Assembly: GCF_046119375.1 (NCBI RefSeq)
Contig: NW_027368416.1
Location: forward strand, 1 to 50,033
Length of the DNA: 50,033 nt
Direction: 5' to 3'
From: Phyllobates terribilis
Lineage: Eukaryota
The translations under genes and the position numbers were made by a program. Under the pieces are notes generated by a model. The model had not been told where the DNA came from. It searched no databases and worked only from the letters and a program-made list of their open reading frames with translations. Numbering within the stretch: position 1 is the first letter of the stretch; the number at the start of each line of letters is the position of its first letter. Of this stretch, positions 1 to 10,306 are shown piece after piece.

Positions 1-255
1 AGTGTCGAGGCAGCTCGGCTTCTCCTTGGGTGTGGTCGTGGTATACTCTTCCTCTAGCTCCATCCCGAATGCACTAAAAGTGAGCACAACCAGGATCTCC
101 ATGGATAAAAACCACTAAATACCGCCTACGAGCATCCCGCTAATCCATAAATGAACTCCAAACCGTATTCCGGGAATACCACTCGTTAAGCACCTAAACA
201 CCACTAATCCTAATCTAATAGTCGCTATTTAACACCGTATAATAAGCTCCTATCA
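1..255 (-). mobile_element. Family A LTR, 5' end only (rest of element lies left of window)
   Basis: Ends ...AAGCTCCTATCA at 255 = reverse complement of the TGATAGGAGCTT start of the family A LTRs at 36266 and 42019; colinear with 10040-10301 and 4340-4604. Right flank ACGGC is the candidate TSD. Confidence 0.9.
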
Positions 256-1230
256 ACGGCATGGAAGTCTACTACCGCATCAATGTACAAAGAGGAATCG
301 CCAAGCATAATTTGGTTATGACAGTTACCCGAGTGTGTGGGATAGCTATCCTCGGAGTCACAAGATATAACGATCAGTCGAAAGCGACCTCCAAGGGGTG
401 GTAATGGTTCATGGTGTACCTCGTTTGAGTCATCACTCTCTAAGCTAAGACGACGGTGAGAGCTTGGTGATGCCTCCTCACTTATTTTGAACTCTTTAAG
501 GTCATCATTGTATTCATGGTGCCTCACCCCTAATATAGAGCGTCTTTCACCTGATTTAAGCTCAAGTTCCTCTACTGGTGCCCTCTGAATGTAGCTCAGA
601 TCCGTACACTTATACCGGAACCCATATTCCAGCAGATCTATGTAATCCCGACATTAACGAGCTTCCTTGCAAATTCGGGAGTTCTCTCTTCGGAGATGCT
701 CTTCTTCTCTACACTTAGCCTTGTATAGCGCTCTATGAGTTGCAATGTCTCTCTCTAGATCTTCAAGTGTATTACGTAGCTTGAGCATCACTTGACTCAG
801 ATTGTCGAGGATATCATTCTTCTTCTCCGAATCTTGGCTAGGAGTGCCGAAAGAATCTTCACTCTCCTCGTCTTGATCAGATCGGTGAGCGCCGATATAA
901 GGATAGAGGTCACCAGAATAATGAAAAAACCACACCACAAGGTACGGTTGTTGGTCACATGTATTTCAACAACTTCGAGATCTTCATCAGTAAATCGAAA
1001 GGCATTGGTAGAGGGGTGATGGGTGCCTAAATAGTTTTTGTTTTCCTTGAAGTCTTTCTCAGATTTTTGTCTGGCGCTGATCATGTTTCTGTTTTCTTTG
1101 AAACTTGTTTAGAATTTTTCATTTTCTGCCCGGCAGGAGCCGATAGATTGTCCTCGGGCACCAAATATGTCTATGTATTCTCAGGCTCTTAGTCCTGGTT
1201 TCCAGCGAGCGCCGCTAGCAAGGAAGCGGT
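256..1230 (-). pseudogene. Family C Gag-protease linker remnant (copy 1)
   Basis: Colinear with 11872-12827 and, inverted, with ~47200-48190, which lies between a Gag zinc knuckle and a protease. ORF fragments 225-527, 654-938 and 797-1084 are pieces of this decayed region. Confidence 0.75.
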
Positions 1231-2312
1231 TGATAGGCACATCAACAACGCATCTGTGAGCATAGATATAGAATCATTTTACTATACTTACGGGCATTAC
1301 TATGACATATTTGGTCTATTCCATTATCCGGCGCTATATTTATAATTCAACCTAATATGGAGCTTCTTAGAGATGAAGAGGGTGTAAGGAATAAGTGAAG
1401 ACGAATACGAGCATATTGAAGATTATAAATGAGCTGAAGGAGTTGGAGATAGAATATATTTAGGCGGTCATCTATGCTTCAACGGCGTCCGCCGATGAGA
1501 GATTTCATGAGGCTTACAGAAGACACTTTGGCGAACCGCTGATTTCCAACCGAGTATTTTTACTATCTTTTTTTCATGTTTCCTTGAATTCTATCCTTAG
1601 TTTTGGAATTTATTTAATTATTTTATTAGTTTGTAGGGTTTAGTTGTCTTACCTTATAAATGGAAATTTAGACTTTTATCATTTATGTTATCACTATCAT
1701 TATCATTGTTTTCTATCATTGAGAGTTTCGAGTTATGTAACTTTGTTCTTGATGATTTTGAGAGTTTTCTCCATAGGTTAATCATGAATTCTTATTTTTT
1801 TTGTAGAACCTGTTATGGAGGGCTAATGTCCGAATTGTTAGTAAATCTTTGAAGTGTTATTTGGTTTTATGTATTGAGTGATTTCGGTTTTGTTCATAAC
1901 TGTTTGGTTCCTCCTCTCTAGATTATAATGCTATTAAATTCTGATTTTTTTCTAGATTCATCACTTAGGATTGATATTGTTATTCATACGTGTTAGGATA
2001 TATTAATGGCATTCCTCGTAAGCTATTCTTTTGAAACAAGCATGGAAACATAGATTTGATTTTAACTAGGTCTTTTGTGTAGAGATTTGGATTGTAGGCT
2101 AGTCGCTAAATGTCTAGTACCTGGTGTTCTTTACATATTTCTCGTGTTTGCGCACTGTGTTACTTGTAACCAAAAAAAACCATATTAGTTCATCACACAT
2201 AACCTGAAACCGGATGATCTAACTCCCTTGGGTACGTTCCCTACTTCCACTATACTCTATAGTGCTAGTTCTGTAATTCTTTGACTTAGGCACGACGACT
2301 TTACCCTAGTCA
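1231..2312 (+). mobile_element. Family C-type LTR (~1.08 kb)
   Basis: Starts TGATAGGC, ends ...CCCTAGTCA. TATAAA near 1656, AT-rich 3' half, U5 end resembles A/B LTR ends (TTTGA..ACGAC..GTCA). Homologous to 12828-13735. Confidence 0.75.
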
Positions 2313-3289
2313 AATTTGTGCTCCTGGTGGAAGAGGACGAAGAGGCACATAAATTCCCATCCAAGGCACAAAGGTCCCATTCCGCGTAATCTTTTCCTTG
2401 GAATGGCAAAGGCTTGGGCCAAGAAGCACAACAGATGGGCGTTCCCGACGCCAAAGAGATAAGTACGGACCTCCCAGTCAGCTCTGCCCTGCTGCTGAAA
2501 AATATCGGTTTGAATCATGTGAAAGTACCTCCAATGGAAAGCGTGGAACCATTACATCTAATAACCGGCTCTCATCGGGGTCCCTAAGTTCTAACACATC
2601 CCTAATCAATGTAATCATCCATGTGATGCAAATTCATCCAGTAGTTTCTCTCTGGAACTTCAAACAACTCTTCAGAAACATTCCTACCTAATCCACAATC
2701 ATGGTGTCATTCGGCGTGAAGGTCCACGTCGCCCTCAAGTAAGTAAAGATCTTTTTGACCTTTGATTGGCCAATGAATGCCATACAAATCACCTTATAGG
2801 TGAGACGAAGGAATGGGTATGACCATGAATAGTTCTAATTCGTTAAGCTCGAGTCGTAGTTCAACCATGTGGACCAGAACCAGAAGTCAAAGTGCCCATT
2901 ATCCTCCGCGGTGAAAGGTACAGGTGCTGCGGTGACACCAAAAATACCGTGTAAATCCAGAAATGTAAGTTGCACCGTTTGTCCACCTAAGGTGAAATTG
3001 ATCATTCCCCCACTCTCGCTAATAATGAGAGTCAATAAAAACTCTCGCGTCCAACTCATATACTTTGGCACATACTAATCCAAAACCCACCCAAACCGGC
3101 GTGAGCGCAAATCTATTGTAAACAGACATCGATCCCGAACCCCTAGTTGAAGTTGGTGTGGAAAAACATGGTTCTCATGACGTCTTTGTTATGCACATTA
3201 GCCGAAATATTCACTGCATTGACTTTCATTGCCACTTTCTTGGGAAGCCCACGGCTCGGACAAGCCCTGGAGGACAGAGAACAATATGT
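2313..3289 (-). pseudogene. Family C extra (env-like / Athila ORF1-like) ORF remnant, 3' part
   Basis: Fragmented minus-strand ORFs 2835-3071 (WTREFLLTLII...F), 3143-3289 and 2306-2518. The frame rejoins with 10307-10405 after removing the A element (...DFPFFDSSMSS|TYCSLSSRACP...). Lies downstream of the protease and post-ORF motif, the Athila env-like position. Confidence 0.6.
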
Positions 3290-3294
3290 GGAAC

Positions 3295-4604
3295 TGACAG
3301 GCATAAAACGGTCGTTGGCCCTATCAAAGATAATCCAACTAAATAATCCACTAGTGAAGTGGTAAGTCGGAGTCGTAAATAGCAACTAGTCCAAGTAGTC
3401 CTAGAAACCCTTGTTGTAAGCAATAACCGAAGAAATCATAAGGTTGAAAAGCGCAACAGCATAAAGATCAAAGATAAGTAGGCCTATGCAATACCATTGG
3501 CAAATCGCCGATACTCGACACAGGTTTATAATCTCTACAAAATAAGCACTCGCAAATAGTCTATGCTAATTCTGATTGCTACCTACAAGACAAGACTTTT
3601 CAAATCAAGTTATCAAGCCTAGCGATATGAATGAATAATAATCAACCTAGTTGGCCACCTAGATAAAATCAATATCAATCAATGACAATAATCACAAGAG
3701 AATATAAAACAATGCTGAAATTATAATTAGAACATAAACAATAGAATTCTCACAAAAAATTCCTAGAATAATGGCTTCAACCTAAGAGTGAACTAGTAGG
3801 AATTTAGCCAGACATAGCCAAGAGAAAGCAATACATAATAATGGAGGAACTAACCAAGGATGAAGTTAGAAGATGGCACAAAGGTGGGAGCTTTCCTCTT
3901 GGCTGCTGAATCTATAAGAATGAATTTGTAAAAGTGGCAAAAGATAATTATAACCTAAAAACTAAAGGTTTATATAGTATCTATCCTCTAGGAAATAAAA
4001 TAACTGAAAATAAAAGATAATATAGAGAAAAACTGATAGAAAATCGGACTGGGTCTGCAATTGGGCCGGGTCCGTCAACGTGGTCTCGGTCGAGACATGT
4101 GAGTCTCAGTCGATACTTTGTCCGAGTCACTCAGAATCGGCGCAGCTCTCGATCGCTACCTCCATGTCGCGGTCGAGACTTTTATATCGAAGCCAAACCT
4201 CGATCGAGACATTTGGGTCTCGGTCGAGACTTTCATGTCGAGGCTGAATCTCGATCGAGATATTTGGGTCTCGGTTGAGACATCTTCTTCGTGGCACTTT
4301 CTCGTCGTGACACCTCCTCTCGGACTGGTCTTCGGTCTTCTATAATCTTCCGAGGTAGCTCGGCTTGCTCTCAGCTTCTCCATGGGTGTAGGTGTGGTAG
4401 TCTTCTCTCTAGCTCCGTCCCAAATGCACTAAAGGTACAAACAGGATCTCCATAATAAAACCATAAAACAACGCTTATGAGCATCCCGCAAATCCATAAG
4501 TGAACATCATACCTGATTCCGGGAATACCACTCAATAAGCACCTAAACACCACTAATCCTAAGCTAATAGTCGCTAGTTAACACCATATAATAAGCTCCT
4601 ATCA
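3295..4604 (-). repeat. A1 3' LTR (1310 bp, carries an internal deletion)
   Basis: TGACAGG... to ...CCTATCA on the + strand; about 95% similar by eye to 8737-10301. Confidence 0.93.
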
Positions 4605-4620
4605 AACCACCCCACACTTA
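4605..4620 (-). promoter_or_regulatory. A1 polypurine tract
   Basis: Minus strand reads TAAGTGTGGGGTGGTT directly before the LTR start TGAT; same motif precedes the 3' LTRs at 42019, 27563, 35685 and 45306. Confidence 0.85.
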
Positions 4621-6129
4621 AACCTTGCTCATCCTCAAGTAAGCAAAATAAAACTCACTCCTCCTAAAAGCACAAAGGTCTACAGTAAGTGTAGAGAAAG
4701 TCTGCTAGCGACTATACTTCAAACTCCAAATGTATCGAGCACTAACCTACTCCGATCTATCTCCTTATGTCTCTGAGATGTCCTACCCAAAACCCTCCTT
4801 ATTTTTCCACTTCATATGTCACCACTCCAATACAATAGTAATAATCGAACCAAGTGGTGTGCGTTTTAAGCACATGTGGAATTCCTAATCTCCTCTAAGG
4901 GTAAGGGTATATAAATATGACATAATAAGGATAAAATCGAGTCTCCCACTCGCTTATACACTTCTTATTCCTCCTCTTCGAGTAATGTCCTAAACCACTA
5001 AATAGTATGATAAATCCACAAATCACAACCACCAATCCTAATTTAAAAATTCTGCATAGTACAACCACAATAATATGCATCAAACTCCAAGAAATTGAAA
5101 TGTAATCCTAGGATCTAACAACAACCGCCGATAAATGTAGCAAAACTAATAAACTAATGGAATGGTAAGCAAGCAAAGTGTAGATAACAATAAGCTCATA
5201 AGTAGAGAGATAAAAGGCCAAAACTAACTCCTTATCCCTCCTTGGTGAATCCTAGAACCCGATACATCCTTCAACTCCCTTCTTATGTCTCCTGCGCCAA
5301 TAGATATGCAATCAATAAAATCAATTAACAAAACAAGTAAATTCGGCACCATTTCGGGTTTTCACCAAATTTTAAGTGGTAGGAACTTTTCTTTTCTAAT
5401 TTTTTTTTTTATTTTTCAGGCACCAACCTTTTCCTTTTTATCCATTTTTGCTTGCTTGATTTTATATTCTTTTAATTTTTCGTATTTTTTCGTTTCTTTT
5501 TCGAAATTTTTTCGTTTTTTTTAAACAATGCAATTGTTCAAGACGCGATATAAGTTCAGGTACAGACTCGATCGAAAAACAACTTAAAGCAATTCAGCAA
5601 AGACTCTAAAAATATAAAGATAGCAAGAAAAACAGCAAAACAACATAAACCTCCTCGGTACGCCAACTCTTCTCCCCACACTTGAACAGCACATTGTCCT
5701 CAATGCAGCAAAAGAGGACATCATATAAAAACGGAAGAGGGGGAAGGTACCGCAATCACTCCTCAGCATCATCATCGTCTCCGTCATCATCCGTCGACTC
5801 ATCATCTGGTAGCGGTCAAGACGCTTTTTTCTCGGAAGATTTTTTGGAAATGAGTTACCATCTCGGTCAAGAACCAATAGTCGCGGTCGAGACTTTTCCA
5901 TAGGGACGAATTCTAGATCAACATGCAAAAGTCTCGATCGAGACATGAGTGATTTCGGTTGATGGTGTCTGTTTTACTCCTCCAATGGCTTCCTTCCTGC
6001 TGACTCCTTAGATTTTCTAGTGGAAATAACAAAAACAAAAAAAACAAATGGGATTAAAGTTAGTAAAAATCCTCGGGTTGCCTCCCGATCAGCGCCTTAT
6101 TTAACGTCGCGGCACGACGTACGATTTGT

Positions 6130-8660
6130 CATTCATTGTTTTTCCAATCCTTTCCGGATCGCATCATCCAACAATAATTTCTTAAACCATGGATGGAAAG
6201 GTTTGAACCTTAGACCATTTTCCTCCTTTACCACTCATACTTGCATGGGCTTCTTCTCCTTTTGCTCTCCACACTCTTATTTTTGCCTTTGCTTTTGCTT
6301 TTTTGGCAACCTGCACAGCAACTTTAGCAGGTTTCTTTTCCTGTGTGGTTAGCGAGGTGGGGCCACTGCCCAAAACAACATTTGATCCTAGCTCGGGAAT
6401 TTTAATAACATCATTATGCAAAATACTGAGCTATCATCCCAGGGCTGTGTCGCAGTCCCAAATATATTAAAGTTAACAAACATCCCCATTAAACTCGAGC
6501 GTAAGCACCCCACTATCTAGATCTAGCTTAGTTTTGGCTGTCCGCATAAAAGGTCTACATAGAAGGATAGATGTAGCATGCGTATCATGTTTATCATCTA
6601 GCACATAAAATTCCGTAGGAAATATAAGATTCCCTACCTTAACCAACACATCTTCGACCAACCCTCTCAGGTAGATCGTAGACCCGTCAGCTAACTGAAG
6701 CACAACCCCTGTTTTATTCATATATCCTAATCCTAATGATTCGTACATTGAGTATGGAAAAACGTTAATAGAAGCTCCCAAATCTAGCATGGCTCTATCA
6801 ATTCTTGTTTTACCTATAGTGCAGGGGATACTTACCATACATGGATCCGCGCGCTTGGTAGCTATCATTCATTGGATGGCCGCAGAGACCCTTCTGCTTA
6901 CCTGAACCTTCTGCCTTCCGTGCAGCTTCTCATTCCACTTCTTAGTGCAAAGCTCCTTTAAATGTGTAGCATAATGAGGCATACTCTTGATGCGTTGGAG
7001 CAGAGGGATGTTCGCCTTACACTTGGCGAGCTTCTTGAAGATCTCATTGTCATCCCGAACATCATCTTCTGGAAATCATGGTCGAGACAAAGAGTCGCGG
7101 TCGAGACATTTTTCGGAAAATGTTTCGTATTCTGGATCACCGCCTTCTCGATTGAGAGTTTGGAGTCGCAATCGAGATTTCTCCTCGGGGCTAAATTCTC
7201 GGTCGAGACTTTCTTGTCTCGGTAGAGACATCTCCTCGGTGCTAAAGTCTCGGTCGAGACATCTCTGCAGCCTCTTCCTCCTGGTTCTTTGCAATGTCCC
7301 TTTGCTCTCCTAACGTCGAGATTACACTCACATTCTCTCTTGGCGCTGCTACGGCTTGTGATGGCAACTTCCTCGAGCTCTGATGTTGAAGATTATTGAC
7401 CGCTTCCGCTATTTTTGCGGCCTGCTTCTCTAGACTCCGGATGCTTGACTCGGTTGTTTGAACATGAGCGGTAAAGTGTCTGGTCAAGGACTCGATCATT
7501 TCCCTCATAGATGGCTCGTCGGATTTCGGTGGATATGTAGCACGGTACTGGTTGTTGTATTGATATGGTTCATTCTGCGCCCCAGCCGAGTCTCCCCATC
7601 TAAATCCAGGATGATCATTACCTCTCGGATTGTAATTGTTCTCTCGCTGATTGTAGTTATTGTTGTTGTTTTCATAGAGAGGTCGGGGAGGTCCGAAACC
7701 CCCTACGGCATGTACTTCAGCAATGGTCTGGTCCTGGAGCTGCGGGCACATGTCGGTAGGATGACTCTCGTCCGCACAAATACCACATACACTCGCAGGT
7801 CTCCGATTTCCGATGGCAATGTTCTTGATCATACTCTTCAACTCTGTTATCTCACTTTTCCATTCAGGCTCTTCGAACCTCACAGCATTGGCTCCTCTCC
7901 TCGTGTACGTCCTTCTGAAGCTCCCTCGTTCCTTCAGCAATCTTCATTCATTCGTGCTCTAGCTTCGGCGGGAGTCAAATTCAGCACACTCCCATTACAC
8001 GCAGCATCAACTAGTCTCCTCTCATTGTCAAGTAACCCATTATAGAGGCGGATCACCAAATATTTCTCCTCAAACCCATGGAATGGGCAGCTAGCACATA
8101 ATCTTGCAAATCTTTCTACGTAGTCATACAGCGTCTCAGCGTCCTGCTGTTCCACCATTACAATAGCTCTTTTCAACGGAACCGCCTTCTTGGACGGGAA
8201 ATACTTATTAAGGAAGGCTTTCTGAAGTTTCTCCCATGTGTCGATACTGTCGGTGGGTAGCAAGTAGTACCACTGACGCGCGCTGTCTTTCAGAGTGAGA
8301 CCGAAAGCTCTCATCTTGATTTGCTCATCGGTGACGTTACTCGGCTTGCTGCAGCTGCAGATGTCGTGGAACTCACTAAGATGCATGATCAGGTCCTCCC
8401 CAACCAAGCCATGAAATTTCGGTAGCAAAACTGATGAATCCGTTCTTTAGATCGAACGTGACGCCGGCATTCAGGGTAGGCAGCGTCACTCCTAGATGTT
8501 GTTGCGTCAAATCAAGGTCTATAAGCTCTCGCAACGTTCTGGCCGCCATTGATTGAATTACTAGATTCTGCAGGGATTGTCGCAGATTCCGCAGATGCGT
8601 CCGCTCTATCTCTGGAATAAAATCAAGCAAATTTGAATTAGTGGCTCGAGTGTGGACCAT
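6130..8660 (-). pseudogene. gag: A1 gag-aspartic protease (frameshifted)
   Basis: MVHTRATNS... start; retrotransposon Gag core (LPKFHGLVGEDLIMHLSEFHDIC, SARQWYYLLP); CCHC knuckle CGICADESHPTDMC (CX2CX4HX4C); protease AMLDLGASINV at 6473-6868; multiple stops and frameshifts. Confidence 0.92.
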
Positions 8661-8713
8661 AAGATAGGTCCACACCAAGATAACACAAACAGAAACAAAC
8701 TATAACAGTTGGC

Positions 8714-8731
8714 TCCCTGGCAACGGATCCA
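8714..8731 (-). promoter_or_regulatory. A1 primer-binding site (tRNA-Asp type, degenerate)
   Basis: Minus strand TGGATCCGTTGCCAGGGA vs TGGCGCCGTTGCCGGGGA (complement of the plant tRNA-Asp 3' end); 5-nt spacer from the LTR. Confidence 0.85.
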
Positions 8732-8736
8732 AAATT

Positions 8737-10301
8737 TGACAGGCGTAAAACGGTCGTTGGCCGTATCAAAGGTAATCCAACTAAATAATCCACTAGTGAA
8801 GTGGTAAGTCGGAGTCGAATCCCAAGGGAGCCAAAACGATAGCCTATTTCAATTGTGTTACCTAGTAATAACTAGGGGGTATTGTTGGTTGTAAAACTAA
8901 CTAGTAAATAATAAAACGTAAATTGTTGGATTTGTAAAATATAACGATGGAAAACTCACTCTTTTAGCATCAACGCATTATTCTTATGGAAAGTTGATCA
9001 TCGAATTCTATAAAAGTTATGTTCTTTAAATAAATAATCTAGTTGTCCTACTCTTTGTTCGTAAATAGCAACTCGTCCAAATAGTCCTAGAAACCCCTGT
9101 TGTAAGCAATAACCAAAGATATCCTAAGGTTCAAAAGCGCAACAGCATAAACATCAAAGATAAGTAGGCCTATTCAATACCATTGGCAAATCGCCGATAC
9201 TCGACACAGGTTTATAATCTCTACAAATAAGCACTCGCAAATAGTCTATGCTAATTCTGATTGCTACCTAAAAGACAAGACTTTTCAAATCGAATTATCA
9301 AGCCTAGCGATATGAATGAATAATAATCAACCTAGTTGGCCACCTAGATAAAATCAATATCAATCAATGACAATAATTACAAGAGAATATAAAACAATGC
9401 TGAAATTATAATTAGAAAATAAACAATAGAATTCTCACAAACAATTCCTAGAATAATGGCTTCAACCTAAGAGTGAACTAGTAGGAACTTAGCCAGACAT
9501 AGCCAAGAGAAAGCAATACATAATAATCGATGAACTAACCAAGGATGAAGGTAGAAGATGGCACAAAGGTGGGAGCTTTCTTCTTGGCTGCTGAATCTCT
9601 AAGAATGAATTTGTGAAAGTGGTAAAAGATAATTCTAACCTAAAAACTAAAGGTTTATATAGTATCTATCCTCTAGGAAATAAAATAACTAAAAATAAAA
9701 GATAAAATAGGGAAAAACTGATAGAAAATCGGACTGGGTCTGGATTTGGGCCGGGTCTGTCACTGTTGTCTCGGTCGAGACATGTGAGTCTCGGTCGAGA
9801 ATTTGTCCTAGTCACTCAGAATCGGCGCCGCTCTCGATCGCTACCTCCAAGTCGCGGTCGAGACTTTTATGTCGAAGCCAAACCTCGATTGAGACATTTG
9901 GGTCTCAGTCAAGACTTTCATGTCGAGGCTGAATCTCGATCGAGACATTTGGGTCTTGGTCGAGACATCTTCTTCGTGGCTCTTCTCGTCGTGACACCTC
10001 CTCTCGGACTGGTCTTCGGTCTTCGGTCTTCTATAAGCTTCCGAGGCAGCTCGGCTTCGCCTCTCAGCTTCTCCATGGGTGTAGGTGTGGTAGTCTTCTC
10101 TCTAGCTCCGTCCCAAATGCACTAAAGGTGAGTACAAACAGGATCTCCATAATAAAACCACAAAACAACGCTTATGAGCATCCCGCAAATTCATAAGTGA
10201 ACATCATACCTGATTCCGGGAATACCACTCAATAAGAACCTAAACACCACTAATCCTAAGCTAATAGTCGCTAGTTAACACCATATAATAAGCTCCTATT
10301 A
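8737..10301 (-). repeat. A1 5' LTR (1565 bp)
   Basis: Bounded by the PBS on the left and TSD GGAAC on the right; terminal TATCA mutated to TATTA. Confidence 0.93.
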
Positions 10302-10306
10302 GGAAC

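Larger units (their letters stand above)
3295..10301 (-). mobile_element. A1: structurally complete non-autonomous Athila-like LTR retrotransposon (gag-AP only), 7007 bp
   Basis: Perfect 5-bp TSD GGAAC at 3290-3294 and 10302-10306; two LTRs; PBS 8714-8731; PPT 4605-4620; internal region only 4132 bp. Confidence 0.95.

Noticed and set aside
225-1084. Host gene with a transmembrane or coiled-coil segment
   Set aside because: Present three times in the window, always within the family C Gag-AP interval and broken by stops and frameshifts.
1231-2312. Simple solo LTR
   Set aside because: Flanks GCGGT and AATTT do not form a TSD and come from different parts of the C internal region.
4081-4285. 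CRISPR-like array of palindromic repeats with spacers
   Set aside because: Repeat length and spacing are irregular, it lies inside plant LTRs, is copied in every A LTR, and no cas genes are present.
7458-8045. Long ORFs antisense to gag (also 30491-31057, 38735-39070, 19649-20101)
   Set aside because: Shadow frames of the Gag Asn/Gln-rich and linker regions; boundaries not conserved between copies.
9766-10125. SR/RD-rich ORFs (also 4118-4383, 7076-7294, 36579-36842, 39377-39604) as SR-like host proteins
   Set aside because: They are translations of the palindromic repeat arrays; no RRM or other domain; several start at non-ATG codons.
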